From positions 1 to 64,000 of the forward strand of contig JANRKO010000039.1 of the NCBI GenBank assembly GCA_033763455.1: DNA of 64,000 bases, read 5' to 3'. This DNA is from Polyangiaceae bacterium. GTDB lineage: Bacteria; Myxococcota_A; Polyangia; Polyangiales; Polyangiaceae. Of the stretch, positions 46,650 through 56,645 are shown piece by piece. The position numbers and the translations under genes are program-made. The number at the start of each line of letters is the position of its first letter. Position 1 is the stretch's first letter. The notes beneath the pieces are model-generated. The model searched no databases, was not told where the DNA came from, and was given only the letters and a program-made list of their open reading frames with translations.

Positions 46650-48137
46650 ATGAGTCCTGTGCGCTCCCCTGAGGGCCTGCACCGGCTTGCGCTTGAGCTC
46701 CTCGCGATGCCGCGAGAGACCGCCTGGCTTGAGTTCAAGCACAACAATGGCAATCCGGAAGAGATCGGCGAATACATCTCGGCGCTGGCAAACTCCGCGG
46801 CACTCTCAGACAAGCCTTACGGTTACGTGCTTTGGGGTGTTGAGGACGGCACAAACGCACTTGTGGGAACAACATTTGCTCCCCACGCCGAGAAGAAGGG
46901 AAACGAGGGACTTGAAAACTGGTTGCATCGTGGCCTGCAGCCGCCCACGCACTTCGAATTCTTCGAGATCCCTGTGGATAACAAACGTGTTGTGGTGCTT
47001 GAGGTGGAGCGAGCACAAAGGCAACCCGTGCAGTTTCGCGGCGACGAGTACATCCGTCTATCGTCTCACAAGAAGCGGCTGAAGGACCTACCAGAGAAAG
47101 AGCGCCTACTCTGGAGAACTTTTGATCGCGTAGCGTTCGAAGGCGGCATTGCACTGGAGGATGTCGACGCAGAAACCCTCACGGAACGACTTGACCACGC
47201 CGGCTACTTCAGCCTGACGAAACAGCGCGTTCCTGAATCCCGCAGTGGCATCGTTGACGCACTCGTGCGGGAGAAGGCTGTCCAGCGGACGAGCGGCGGA
47301 CTTTGGAACATTACGAACCTGGGCGCGTTGCTTTTCGCCAAGAGGCTTGAGGACTTTCCGACACTGTCGCGCAAAGCCATGCGCGTCATTGTCTACGAGG
47401 GAACGAGCCGCATTCGCACCAAGAGGGAGCAGGTTGGGAGCCGTGGATACGCTACCGGGTTCGAGGGCCTAATCGAATTTGTCAGGGCCCTGGTCCCGGC
47501 CAATGAGGAGATTGCAAAGGCGCTGCGAACTAGTGTCCCCATGTATCCCGAGTTGGCGATTCGTGAACTTGTCGCGAACGCTCTAATCCATCAGGATTTT
47601 AGCACAACCGGGGTTGGACCAATGATTGAGATTTTCGACGATCGAATTGAAATCACCAACCCCGGCACGCCCCTTCTGGATGTGGATCGTTTTTTGGACA
47701 ATCCTCCATGCTCGCGCAATGAAACATTGGCTGCTCTTATGCGAAGAATGGGGATCTGCGAAGAGCGAGGGAGCGGGATTGATAAGGTGGTGTTTGAACT
47801 CGAGTTCTACCAACTTCCGGCACCGCTCTTTCAAGTGCTCGGCGAGAGCACACGAGCAGTACTTTTCGCCCCTCGACCTCTCGCGAAGATGGATCGTGAA
47901 GACCGCGTTCGCGCGTGCTACCTGCACGCCTGCCTCCGGTACGTCAGTCAAGAGTACCTAACCAACGCGTCGCTCCGGCAGCGCTTCGGTATTGGGGCGC
48001 AAAACAGCGCCACTGCCTCGCGCTTGATCAAGGAAGCAATCGAAGCCGGGAAGATCACTCCGGAGAACGATGGGGTGAACCGCAAGCTCATGCGCTACGT
48101 ACCTCATTGGGCGCTCGCACGAGAGAGCCCAGAATGA
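46650..48137 (+). CDS. Schlafen/AlbA_2 domain + RecG-C-like HATPase_c_4 + wHTH protein
   Basis: RETAWLEFK; ISALANS; GYVLWGVED; AIRELVANALIHQD; DRIEITNPG; RN..LA; EERGSGI; C-terminal HTH. Confidence 0.85.
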   Translation: MSPVRSPEGLHRLALELLAMPRETAWLEFKHNNGNPEEIGEYISALANSAALSDKPYGYVLWGVEDGTNALVGTTFAPHAEKKGNEGLENWLHRGLQPPTHFEFFEIPVDNKRVVVLEVERAQRQPVQFRGDEYIRLSSHKKRLKDLPEKERLLWRTFDRVAFEGGIALEDVDAETLTERLDHAGYFSLTKQRVPESRSGIVDALVREKAVQRTSGGLWNITNLGALLFAKRLEDFPTLSRKAMRVIVYEGTSRIRTKREQVGSRGYATGFEGLIEFVRALVPANEEIAKALRTSVPMYPELAIRELVANALIHQDFSTTGVGPMIEIFDDRIEITNPGTPLLDVDRFLDNPPCSRNETLAALMRRMGICEERGSGIDKVVFELEFYQLPAPLFQVLGESTRAVLFAPRPLAKMDREDRVRACYLHACLRYVSQEYLTNASLRQRFGIGAQNSATASRLIKEAIEAGKITPENDGVNRKLMRYVPHWALARESPE

Positions 48138-48256
48138 CGGCGTTTCTCTTTGATGAGTTTGTCTCGGCCCACCTTCCGAATGCATATTTTACAAGTTATT
48201 ACAAATACTTAGCTCTTTGATGGCCATTTGATCAGAGCCCCCGACAGACCCCCGGG

Positions 48257-48331
48257 GATCGACCCAACCTCCACCCCGATCGACCCAACCTCCACCCGAT
48301 CGACCCAACCTCCACCCCGATCGACCCAACC
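48257..48331 (+). repeat. 20-21-bp tandem repeat (GATCGACCCAACCTCCACCCC, about 3.6 copies)
   Basis: Units start at 48257 (21 nt), 48278 (20 nt), 48298 (21 nt) and 48319 (partial); no spacers. Confidence 0.92.
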
Positions 48332-48368
48332 CCAACTCCGACATCCCGCCTCAAGAGGGGAGGACTAA

Positions 48369-51300
48369 GTGCCCAAAACCCAAGAACGACACTTCGAAGA
48401 CGCCATTGAGCACCATCTGATCGCCGCAGGCGGCTGGACCAAGGGCAACGCTGCCGACTTCGATCGGCACACCGCGCTCGTCCCCAAAGATTTCTTCGCG
48501 TTCGTCGAGTCCACGCAGCCGGAGCTCTGGGCCGATCTCCGAAAGCATCACCAGGCAAATCTCGAAGCTGCAGTTCTCGACACGCTCGTCAAGGCGCTCG
48601 ACGTACGCGGGTCCCTGGACGTGATGCGGCACGGGTTCAAGTTCTTTGGGAAGAAAATCGAGTGTGCGTACTTCAAGCCAGCACACGGGATGAACCCGGA
48701 GATCCTGGCGAAATACGCCAAAAACCGCTTGGTGGTGACCCGCCAAGTGAAGTTCATCGCGGAGAGCGAGCACTCGGTGGATCTGGTGCTCTTCGTGAAT
48801 GGCTTCCCTATAGCCACGGCGGAGCTGAAGAACCCTCTCACTAAGCAGACTGTTCAGAATGCGATCACGCAGTACCGAGACCGGGAAGCTCGGCATGCAC
48901 TTTTCCAGTTCAAAAAGCGCGCCCTCGTTCACTTCGCCGTGGACCCGGATCTCGTCTACATGGCGACCAAGCTCGCCGGCAAAGATACCGTGTTTCTGCC
49001 GTTTAACCGGGGCGCCAACGGCGGCGCTGGAAATCCCGAGCACCCGAGCGGCTACCGCACAGGATATCTTTGGGAGGAGGTCTGGCAGCGTGACAGCTTC
49101 CTCGACATCCTGGGGCGCTTCGCCCACTTGATGGTGGAGGAACGGAAGGTCGACGGCAAGATCGTCTCGAAGGAGAGTATCGTTTTCCCTCGCTACCACC
49201 AGCTCGATGTGGTCTGGAAGCTGGACGAGACCGCCCGCAAAGAGGGCGCCGGACACAGCTACTTGATCCAGCATTCGGCGGGTTCCGGCAAGAGCAACTC
49301 CATTGCCTGGCTCGCGCATCGCCTTTCCAGCCTTCACGACGACAAAGACCAAAAGGTCTTCGATTCGGTGGTGGTTATCACTGACCGGCGTGTCCTCGAC
49401 CAGCAACTACAAGAGAACATCTACCAATTCGAGCACAAGCAGGGTGTGGTCCAGAAGATCGACGAAAACAGCCAGCAGCTAGCGGATGCACTCACTTCTG
49501 CCACGCCCATCATCATCACGACGCTCCAGAAGTTTCCTTTTGTTACCGAGAAGATCGGTAAACTCCCGGGCCGTCGCTACGCCCTCATCGTGGACGAAGC
49601 CCACAGCTCCCAAACAGGCGAGGCCGCCCGGCACATGAAGGAAGTGCTAGCAGCGCGGAGCCTGGAGGATGCTGAGCAAGAAGAAGGCGGCGAGGAGGAA
49701 GATTCGGAGGATCGCTTGGTCAAGGTAATGGCGTCACGCGGCAAGCAGAAGAACCTGTCCTTCTTTGCCTTTACCGCCACGCCCAAAGCGAAGACGTTGG
49801 AAGTTTTCGGTCATCGTGATCCAGAGGGCAAACCGATCCCGTTCCACTTGTACTCGATGCGCCAAGCCATTGACGAGGGCTTCATCCTCGATGTGCTGAA
49901 GAACTACACGACCTACAAGACGTACTACCGCCTGGTAAAGGCGATAGAGGACGATCCCAAGGTCAACAAGCGCAAAGCGACGAGCCAGCTCGCGCGCTTC
50001 ATGTCGCTCCACCAGTACAATATCGCCCAAAAGACGGAGGTGATGGTCGAGCACTTTCGCTCCAAGGTGCGCCACCGCATCGGCGGCAAAGCGAAGGCCA
50101 TGGTCGTTACGAGTTCGCGCCTTCACGCCGTGCGCTACCACCAAGCATTCCAGAAATACATCGCCGAACGCGGGTACAGGGACGTAGGCGTTTTAGTGGC
50201 GTTCTCCGGCGTGGTGAAGGACCCCGACGTGGATGGGGTCGAGTTCACCGAGCAGGGGATGAACAAGGGCATCAAGGAGCGCGAGCTTCCGGAGAAATTC
50301 GAAGGCGACGAGTTCCAAGTGCTGTTGGTCGCCAACAAGTACCAAACTGGCTTTGATCAGCCTTTGCTCCACACGATGTATGTGGACAAAAGGCTCTCGG
50401 GCGTTCAAGCGGTGCAGACCTTGTCGCGGCTCAACCGCATCGCTCCCGGCAAGGAGGACACCTTTGTCTTGGACTTCGTCAACGATGTTGACGAAATCGA
50501 ACGCTCATTCCAGCCCTACTACGAGCAGACAACGGTCGCCGAGACAGCCGATCCGAACCAGCTGTACGAACTTCAGCATCGGTTGGAAGCCTTCCAAGTT
50601 TTTTGGGCCCAAGAGGTCGAAGCCTTCTGCAAGTATTTCTATGCCCCGAAAGAGAAGCAAAGTGTCTCGGATCAAGCCGAAATGTACCGCGCCCTCGGCC
50701 CCGCCGTGGATCGCTTCAAGGCCAAGAGCGAGGACGATCAGGACGAATTCCGCAACGTGCTCTCCGGTTTCGTTAAGCTGTACTCGTTCTTGTCGCAGGT
50801 GATGCCGTTCACTGATCCCGACCTAGAGAGGCTCTATACCTACGGGCGCTTTCTCGAACTGAAGCTTCCCAAGGACGAAAAGAAGGCGCCCCTCGATCTG
50901 GATGGTGAGGTGGCACTCAAGTACTACCGCCTCGATAAGATCAGCGAAGGTCAGATTGTGCTCACCCTTGCCGACCCCGTCGCCATTCGTGGCCCGTCGG
51001 CGCTCGGGACGCGCCAAGCGAAAGACATCGAGGCCCCGCTTTCGGAGATCATCGAAGTGCTCAATGAGCGCTTTGGCACGGAATTCACCAAGGCGGATCA
51101 ACTCCTGTTCGATCAGTTCATCCAGGAAGCGAAGCAAGATCAGGAGGTAGTAGAGCGCGCGCTCGCCAACCCGCTTGATAACTTTGAGCTAGCTATGAAG
51201 CCCAAAGTCGAAGGGCTTATGATCGACCGCATGGATCAGAATCAAGACATCGTGAACCGCTACCTGAACGACGCCGCGTTCCAGTCGGCCGCCTTCAAAG

Positions 51301-51377
51301 CCATTGTGAAGCAGATTTACAACGAGATCCGGAAGAGCAGTTCACGGCCACCGCCGCCGCAGACGCCAAGTGGCTGA
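48369..51377 (+). CDS. hsdR: type I R-M restriction subunit
   Basis: VDLVLFVNG.P....ELKN nuclease motif; QHSAGSGKS; VDEAHSSQ; FTATP; QTGFDQP; QTLSRLNR; GGAGGA RBS before the GTG. Confidence 0.96.
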   Translation: MPKTQERHFEDAIEHHLIAAGGWTKGNAADFDRHTALVPKDFFAFVESTQPELWADLRKHHQANLEAAVLDTLVKALDVRGSLDVMRHGFKFFGKKIECAYFKPAHGMNPEILAKYAKNRLVVTRQVKFIAESEHSVDLVLFVNGFPIATAELKNPLTKQTVQNAITQYRDREARHALFQFKKRALVHFAVDPDLVYMATKLAGKDTVFLPFNRGANGGAGNPEHPSGYRTGYLWEEVWQRDSFLDILGRFAHLMVEERKVDGKIVSKESIVFPRYHQLDVVWKLDETARKEGAGHSYLIQHSAGSGKSNSIAWLAHRLSSLHDDKDQKVFDSVVVITDRRVLDQQLQENIYQFEHKQGVVQKIDENSQQLADALTSATPIIITTLQKFPFVTEKIGKLPGRRYALIVDEAHSSQTGEAARHMKEVLAARSLEDAEQEEGGEEEDSEDRLVKVMASRGKQKNLSFFAFTATPKAKTLEVFGHRDPEGKPIPFHLYSMRQAIDEGFILDVLKNYTTYKTYYRLVKAIEDDPKVNKRKATSQLARFMSLHQYNIAQKTEVMVEHFRSKVRHRIGGKAKAMVVTSSRLHAVRYHQAFQKYIAERGYRDVGVLVAFSGVVKDPDVDGVEFTEQGMNKGIKERELPEKFEGDEFQVLLVANKYQTGFDQPLLHTMYVDKRLSGVQAVQTLSRLNRIAPGKEDTFVLDFVNDVDEIERSFQPYYEQTTVAETADPNQLYELQHRLEAFQVFWAQEVEAFCKYFYAPKEKQSVSDQAEMYRALGPAVDRFKAKSEDDQDEFRNVLSGFVKLYSFLSQVMPFTDPDLERLYTYGRFLELKLPKDEKKAPLDLDGEVALKYYRLDKISEGQIVLTLADPVAIRGPSALGTRQAKDIEAPLSEIIEVLNERFGTEFTKADQLLFDQFIQEAKQDQEVVERALANPLDNFELAMKPKVEGLMIDRMDQNQDIVNRYLNDAAFQSAAFKAIVKQIYNEIRKSSSRPPPPQTPSG

Positions 51378-51405
51378 GATTCACCCCCAATACCCGATCT
51401 TGAGC

Positions 51406-52110
51406 TCACTTCGCATCAAGTGAAGCCGTAGCTGCCTTGCCGGCGTTGTGCCCGGTTTCGATCAGCTCCGAACGGTAAAGAATGTCACCGTCTTCGGTTT
51501 TGATTTCGCCGCCAATGTCACGGCCGGGTAACTCGCGGCTGGAGGTAACCACCATCGTGGCCATCTTTTCGCCCACAAAAACGGCGTATTCTTTGGATTC
51601 ACACGCGTGCTCATCCGTGCCAACCAGGCACGTGCTCTTCTTGGCGTCTACGAGGCCTTCGTTCGAATCAGCGGCAAACACGGTCTGGGCGAGGAGCTCC
51701 TCAAATGCGGCCAACGTGCTGGGGCGCTCTGACTTGCCTTCTACGGCAAGCACCTTCTCCACGGCGTCTGTCTTCGGGTTTCGGTAAACGCGAAGGGTGG
51801 TGGATTTGTCGCCATCCTGAAGCGCATATTCAACAACCACGGCCTTCGCGTCGCTGGAGAGCACGGCCTCCTTGAGCTCTAAGGGCTGCTCGCGAAATGT
51901 ACCGCTGAAGCGGCTCACGAAGTAGTCGCCCACGCGCCGAGCGACGCGCCCGTCACCAACGGGACGTGCCTCGGCTTTGCTCACCTTTGCATGGCTAGCT
52001 TTTGCCAGGTTCTTCGTACCCGGGGTTGCCGCACCGGAGGCCCCTTGGAGCAAGCTGCAGCCTGAAAGAAGCCAGCCAAGTGTTGCCGCGGCAAGGAGCT
52101 TGTTCGTCAT
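51406..52110 (-). CDS. hypothetical lipoprotein
   Basis: Lipobox LSGC; 234-aa ORF. Confidence 0.7.
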   Translation of the reverse strand: MTNKLLAAATLGWLLSGCSLLQGASGAATPGTKNLAKASHAKVSKAEARPVGDGRVARRVGDYFVSRFSGTFREQPLELKEAVLSSDAKAVVVEYALQDGDKSTTLRVYRNPKTDAVEKVLAVEGKSERPSTLAAFEELLAQTVFAADSNEGLVDAKKSTCLVGTDEHACESKEYAVFVGEKMATMVVTSSRELPGRDIGGEIKTEDGDILYRSELIETGHNAGKAATASLDAK

Positions 52111-52200
52111 CCCCCAGCATTAGCCACAGCGTTGTCGGTTTGGACAAGTTTTCCCCAATGAACTTTCGAGCCTAGCACCAATTGGGATACGGTCCTGCCC

Positions 52201-54483
52201 ATGTTGGCCACGCAGCTGACCGTAGCCGTACGGCGCCGTCGCCTCTTCTGGGTGGGGCTAGGGTTGCTCTGTGCCCTTGCGGGGATAGTGATTTTTGGAA
52301 GCGGACCGGCTGCGGCTTACCTACTTCGAGAGCGCGCCAAAACTCGCGGCTTCGACCTCATCGCAAATGGGGTCAAGGTGCGGTGGCTCGCCATTGAGTG
52401 CTCCCAGGTTTTGGTGCACCGAAAAGCGCCGCTCCTCGACGCGCGTCTGAACAACGTGGTGTTCCGAGTTTCCATCCGAGGCGCGCTCGACCACCTCGAG
52501 GTGGGGAGTGGTAATATTGAGGCACAGGGTGCTCTTCAGGCCTGGAGACGTGCACTTCAAAGTACCCCAGCAACACCGGCTCATTACGAAGAACGTATGC
52601 TGCCGGGGGTAAGCGTCAGCAACCTGAAGTTGCAATGGAAAGTCGATCCCCATCTCACCCTCACAGCTGAGCTTCCCACTCTGGAGCAAGATCGCGCGGG
52701 GAAGTTGACGCTCATCGCCGCTCAGGCGCGCGTGCAAGCGCGGCTTGCGACAGCCACGATTCTTGGAGTGAGCGCCGAATTTCTCCCACTTCAAGGCGTG
52801 CGCAAGCTTGCAAACGTGAATGTCGACTCAGCAACGTTTGACCTAACCGAAGAGAAGGCTTCCGCAGCGCAACCAGCACCATCTTCAGCTTCACTTCCAT
52901 CTGTTGCGCCGGGCATTGCTCCCGGCGTTACACCGAACGTTGCTCCACGGAACGTTGCTCCACCAAGCGTTGCACCAGACGTTGCTCCAAGTGTCGCCCT
53001 GCGTGCCGAGTTGGACGCCTTGGCGGCGCGAGCAGAGCCGCTGCTCACCGACACTTTCCGGATGAGTCTCCATGAATTCAGCGTTACTGCTCACTTCGGC
53101 AAGCAGGCCTTCAGCATCGGCAAGGAGAAGGCCAGCCTGGCCCGCTCAGCGGACGCGCTCACCCTCCGCGTGGAACCCGCGGGCGAGCTTCTGCCGAACA
53201 GTACGCCGCTACGTATTGAGCTGCTTTTGCCCTTCAAATCAATTTCACCGCTCCATCTTTCCATCGAAGGTGGACCCATCACCCTGAAGGAGCTCGGTCT
53301 TGTACCCGGCGCTCTTGGGATCGAGCGGCCGGAGCGAGCAACGCTGGAAGCGTCCACCGAAGTCGCCCTTTCAGCGGGCGGAGCCCAAGTGTCGTTTTCT
53401 GGCAAAGGTGCGCTTGCGCAACTCTCCCTGGTCCATCCGCGCCTTTCAGCGGAGCCCATCCAAGATCTGCAATTGCGGCTCGCAGCAAAGGGTACGCTCG
53501 ATGTACCGAGTGGACTTCTAACACTTGAGGAAGGTGCGATACAGCTGGGGCAGGTGCGCGTGATCGCCAAAGGGAGCCTTCAGAAAAAGGCTGAGCACCT
53601 AGCCATTCACGGAACGCTGGAGGTGCCTCTGTGTGCCTGCCAAACAGCGAAAGATTCTCTGCCAGTAGGGCTTATTCCCGCACTCTCCGGGGTCGGGCTT
53701 TCGGGAACATTCGCATTCTCAGCCCGTGTTGATGCGGACTCCCGCAACCTAGCGAAGACGGCTGTCTCGTGGGAACTCAACAACGAGTGCCACGTAGATA
53801 GTATTCTTCCCGAACTCAATCCTGAGCGTTTTCGGCGGCCTTTTACTCAGCAGGTGGTCGGGAGCCATAATGAAGCACTTTTCTTGGAGACGGGCCCGGG
53901 CACGGCGAGTTGGACCTCTTCGGCGGAAATCCCCGAGGCTCTCATCACCGCCGCCCTCGTGAGCGAAGACGGAAACTTCTTTCACCATAAAGGCTTCGAC
54001 CATCGTGCGCTTCAAAACTCGGTGCGTGACAACTTGCAAGCCGGAAAGTTCCTGCGAGGCGGTAGTACGATTTCGATGCAGCTCGCAAAGAATCTGTACC
54101 TCAAGCGCGAGAAGACGCTCTCCAGAAAGTTCCAGGAAGCCTTCTTCACCATGCTGCTGGAACAAGAGCTGAGCAAAGATGAGATCTTGGAGCTTTACTT
54201 CAACGTGATCGAGTTCGGCCCAGATGTGTACGGCCTACGCCAAGCGGCGCTCTACTATTTCAACACCACGCCCGCTCAGCTTTCGACCGCACAAGCTTTC
54301 TTCCTTGTTTCCATCTTGCCAAATCCCAAAGAGGTGCGATTCAACAGTGCAGGAGTGCTCAAGCCTCGCTGGGCCTCCTACCTGCGCACGCTGATGCGTA
54401 TCGCACATGAACGAAAGCGCCTTTCTGACGCGGCCCTTGAGCAGGGGCTCGCGGAGGAGCTTCGTTTTGGCAAGCCTGAATGA
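52201..54483 (+). CDS. biosynthetic peptidoglycan transglycosylase (GT51) domain protein with long N-terminal region
   Basis: SEDGNF..H.GFD; GGSTISMQLAKNL; RKFQE; KDEILELYFN; N-terminal TM helix; no transpeptidase domain. Confidence 0.88.
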   Translation: MLATQLTVAVRRRRLFWVGLGLLCALAGIVIFGSGPAAAYLLRERAKTRGFDLIANGVKVRWLAIECSQVLVHRKAPLLDARLNNVVFRVSIRGALDHLEVGSGNIEAQGALQAWRRALQSTPATPAHYEERMLPGVSVSNLKLQWKVDPHLTLTAELPTLEQDRAGKLTLIAAQARVQARLATATILGVSAEFLPLQGVRKLANVNVDSATFDLTEEKASAAQPAPSSASLPSVAPGIAPGVTPNVAPRNVAPPSVAPDVAPSVALRAELDALAARAEPLLTDTFRMSLHEFSVTAHFGKQAFSIGKEKASLARSADALTLRVEPAGELLPNSTPLRIELLLPFKSISPLHLSIEGGPITLKELGLVPGALGIERPERATLEASTEVALSAGGAQVSFSGKGALAQLSLVHPRLSAEPIQDLQLRLAAKGTLDVPSGLLTLEEGAIQLGQVRVIAKGSLQKKAEHLAIHGTLEVPLCACQTAKDSLPVGLIPALSGVGLSGTFAFSARVDADSRNLAKTAVSWELNNECHVDSILPELNPERFRRPFTQQVVGSHNEALFLETGPGTASWTSSAEIPEALITAALVSEDGNFFHHKGFDHRALQNSVRDNLQAGKFLRGGSTISMQLAKNLYLKREKTLSRKFQEAFFTMLLEQELSKDEILELYFNVIEFGPDVYGLRQAALYYFNTTPAQLSTAQAFFLVSILPNPKEVRFNSAGVLKPRWASYLRTLMRIAHERKRLSDAALEQGLAEELRFGKPE
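52897..52999 (+). repeat. imperfect 12-15-bp repeats encoding an (xVAP)n linker
   Basis: PSVAPGIAPGVTPNVAPRNVAPPSVAPDVAPSVA; recurring GTTGCTCCA. Confidence 0.7.
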
Positions 54484-54485
54484 TG

Positions 54486-54974
54486 TCACCGACGCAGCGC
54501 CGAAAAAAACTCCCCTAGCTTCTGCGCGGCTTCGTCAGCGAATACTCCAGAAGTCAGCTCCACTCGATGATTCAAGCGAGGATCGACTCCGATCGTAAAG
54601 AGCGACTCCATGCCCCCTCCTTTCGCATCGCGGGCGCCGTACACCACGCGCGCCACCCGCGCATTCACGATTGCTCCAGCGCACATCACGCAGGGCTCCA
54701 ACGTCACGTACAAAGTAGTGCCTCCAAGGTTCCACCGCTTGCGCTTCTGGCCAGCAGCTCGCAATGCCACCACTTCCGCGTGGCCCACTGGATCAAAATC
54801 ACGCTCCCGAACGTTGTGGCCGCGGCTGAGCTCGACGCCCCCTTCGTCAACCAAGATGGCACCCACCGGTATGTCTGCGTGCAGGGGTGCCTCCGCCGCA
54901 ACTTCCAGCGCAAGCCGCATCCAGTGTTCGTCAGCGGCGCGTTGCTCAACCGTGAGTGGGGATTGGGTGGTCAC
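54486..54974 (-). CDS. tadA: tRNA adenosine(34) deaminase
   Basis: IPVGA; HAE; LYVTLEPCVMCAGA; LNH; FFSALR. Confidence 0.9.
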   Translation of the reverse strand: MTTQSPLTVEQRAADEHWMRLALEVAAEAPLHADIPVGAILVDEGGVELSRGHNVRERDFDPVGHAEVVALRAAGQKRKRWNLGGTTLYVTLEPCVMCAGAIVNARVARVVYGARDAKGGGMESLFTIGVDPRLNHRVELTSGVFADEAAQKLGEFFSALRR

Positions 54975-55057
54975 CGTGTGCTTTTACCTCGGCGGGCTCC
55001 ACTTGGCGCCGTTTCAGGCTTTGGCGCGGCAAAGATCCCTGATAGCTTGCCCACGCT

Positions 55058-55489
55058 GTGCTCAAAGGAATTAGCCCGCTTCTTAGCCCCGAACTCCTCT
55101 CAACCCTCCACCGGATGGGGCATGGCGACGAAATCGTGCTCGCCGATGCCCATTTTCCGGGCCACTCCGTGAATCCTCGGGCCCTAAGAGCCGATGGGCT
55201 CACCGTCGCAGGTCTTCTGGACGCAATTCTACCTTTGTTTGAAGTCGACAGTTACGTGCCGGACGCACTGGTAATGATGGCAGCCGTACCCGGGGACACC
55301 TTGGATCCGGGCGTTGAAGAGCGTTTCCTGGTTCCGATCCGTCAGCATGCACCCAAAGCAGCGAACATCGTGCGGATCGATCGTTTCGCTTTCTACGAGC
55401 GGGCCGCCCGAGCCTTCGCGGTTGTTATGACCAGCGAGACGGCGAAATACGGCAACTTGATTCTAAAGAAGGGCGTCACGCCGGTCTAA
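55058..55489 (+). CDS. fucU: RbsD/FucU family mutarotase
   Basis: [14 protein letters not shown]...[32 protein letters not shown]. Confidence 0.88.
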   Translation: MLKGISPLLSPELLSTLHRMGHGDEIVLADAHFPGHSVNPRALRADGLTVAGLLDAILPLFEVDSYVPDALVMMAAVPGDTLDPGVEERFLVPIRQHAPKAANIVRIDRFAFYERAARAFAVVMTSETAKYGNLILKKGVTPV

Positions 55490-56518
55490 GGTAACTACTT
55501 CCGCAGTCAAGAACGCGAGCCCCTTCTCCACGTAGGCCGATTCTCCCACAAACACTGGGCAAATCTTGGCGCCCGCTCGAAGCCGATCGAGCAGTTCGGG
55601 CGCTACATCGGAACACTCGCGCAAGCGAATTACGCCACCGTCAAACCCGAGAAAAACGGGAGTATCCAGCGCCAACTGCTGAAAATCTGAGCCAACAAAC
55701 GTTGGATGCAAAGCCACAGAGGGCATACCCTCTTCGTCACGGGGGTAATCAATGCTGAAAGGCAGCCAGCGAAAGAATTCTAAGCGTGAAGCCTCAGCAC
55801 TCATGGATTCGGAGCTCGTGTCGGCACTCGATGCCGCTCTACTCAACGACTGAAGCTCGGATCGATTCAGTTCGTCCACAACTTGGATGGCCTCTTTCAC
55901 AGCCGCCAACATGCGTTCCACTGCCGAAAAGTCGACGGTACCTTGGGCGATTGGCCCCATTTCCAACGTGAGATGGCGACGCCCGAGAGAACCGGAAGTT
56001 CCCTGAAAGTTCGGCGAAGGCCCGTCACTCAAAATGCGGGCATCTGGCACGCGCTGCGAAAGGCGTGCAGCGAAGTCGAGAGTCCAAGGATCTTCACCCG
56101 ATACGATCAACGAAGCGCCCATGTTGGCCGTGGTCGTGTGAAGATCGATGAGCATCGGCACAGGCTCCACGAGGGCTCCAAGTTCGCTCCGTAGCGAAAG
56201 TGCACGCCCCATTTCGTACTCACGCGTACCGCGCACTCGGCCCTCCACCTGCGCCGCCGTAAGCGGGGAAGCGTAATCGTAGAAGAAGCAGCGATTGAGG
56301 TCTCGATCGATGTAACGAACGTTGCGCTGGATTGCTCGCGGATTTCCAAAAGCAACATCTACTGACTCAACGCTCCCGCAGGCAAACTCGAGCGCCCGAT
56401 TCTTAATGTATTGCGCCGCATGCACGCCGGTTCTTTCATTGCCATGCATTCCGCCGATCACGACCACGCGTGGAATCGCACCGAGCACGTTTGCTTGTTT
56501 GCCGTCCGCTAGGCCCAT
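55463..56518 (-). CDS. aspartoacylase (AstE/AspA family)
   Basis: [43 protein letters not shown]. Confidence 0.85.
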   Translation of the reverse strand: MGLADGKQANVLGAIPRVVVIGGMHGNERTGVHAAQYIKNRALEFACGSVESVDVAFGNPRAIQRNVRYIDRDLNRCFFYDYASPLTAAQVEGRVRGTREYEMGRALSLRSELGALVEPVPMLIDLHTTTANMGASLIVSGEDPWTLDFAARLSQRVPDARILSDGPSPNFQGTSGSLGRRHLTLEMGPIAQGTVDFSAVERMLAAVKEAIQVVDELNRSELQSLSRAASSADTSSESMSAEASRLEFFRWLPFSIDYPRDEEGMPSVALHPTFVGSDFQQLALDTPVFLGFDGGVIRLRECSDVAPELLDRLRAGAKICPVFVGESAYVEKGLAFLTAEVVTLDRRDALL

Positions 56519-56645
56519 GGCCCGGTGCTACCACGAGGAGAGCCGACCCGAAACTGAACCCCTGATGCCGCGCCGCGGTGGGCATTGCGCGCTGGGTGAA
56601 TGGCCGCGGACGCCAGCGACCCTCGCCCCTGTTCAATTGCCCAGC

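Noticed and set aside
48257..48340. CRISPR array
   Set aside because: The units are contiguous with no unique spacers, and no cas genes are present in the window.
48351..49406. 351-aa antisense ORF (also 45767-46507, 3103-3780, 1184-1846 and similar)
   Set aside because: These are shadow frames opposite well-supported genes in GC-rich DNA and carry no motifs.
41175..51405. Integrative element or prophage carrying the R-M island
   Set aside because: No integrase, transposase, tRNA target or flanking direct repeats were detected.
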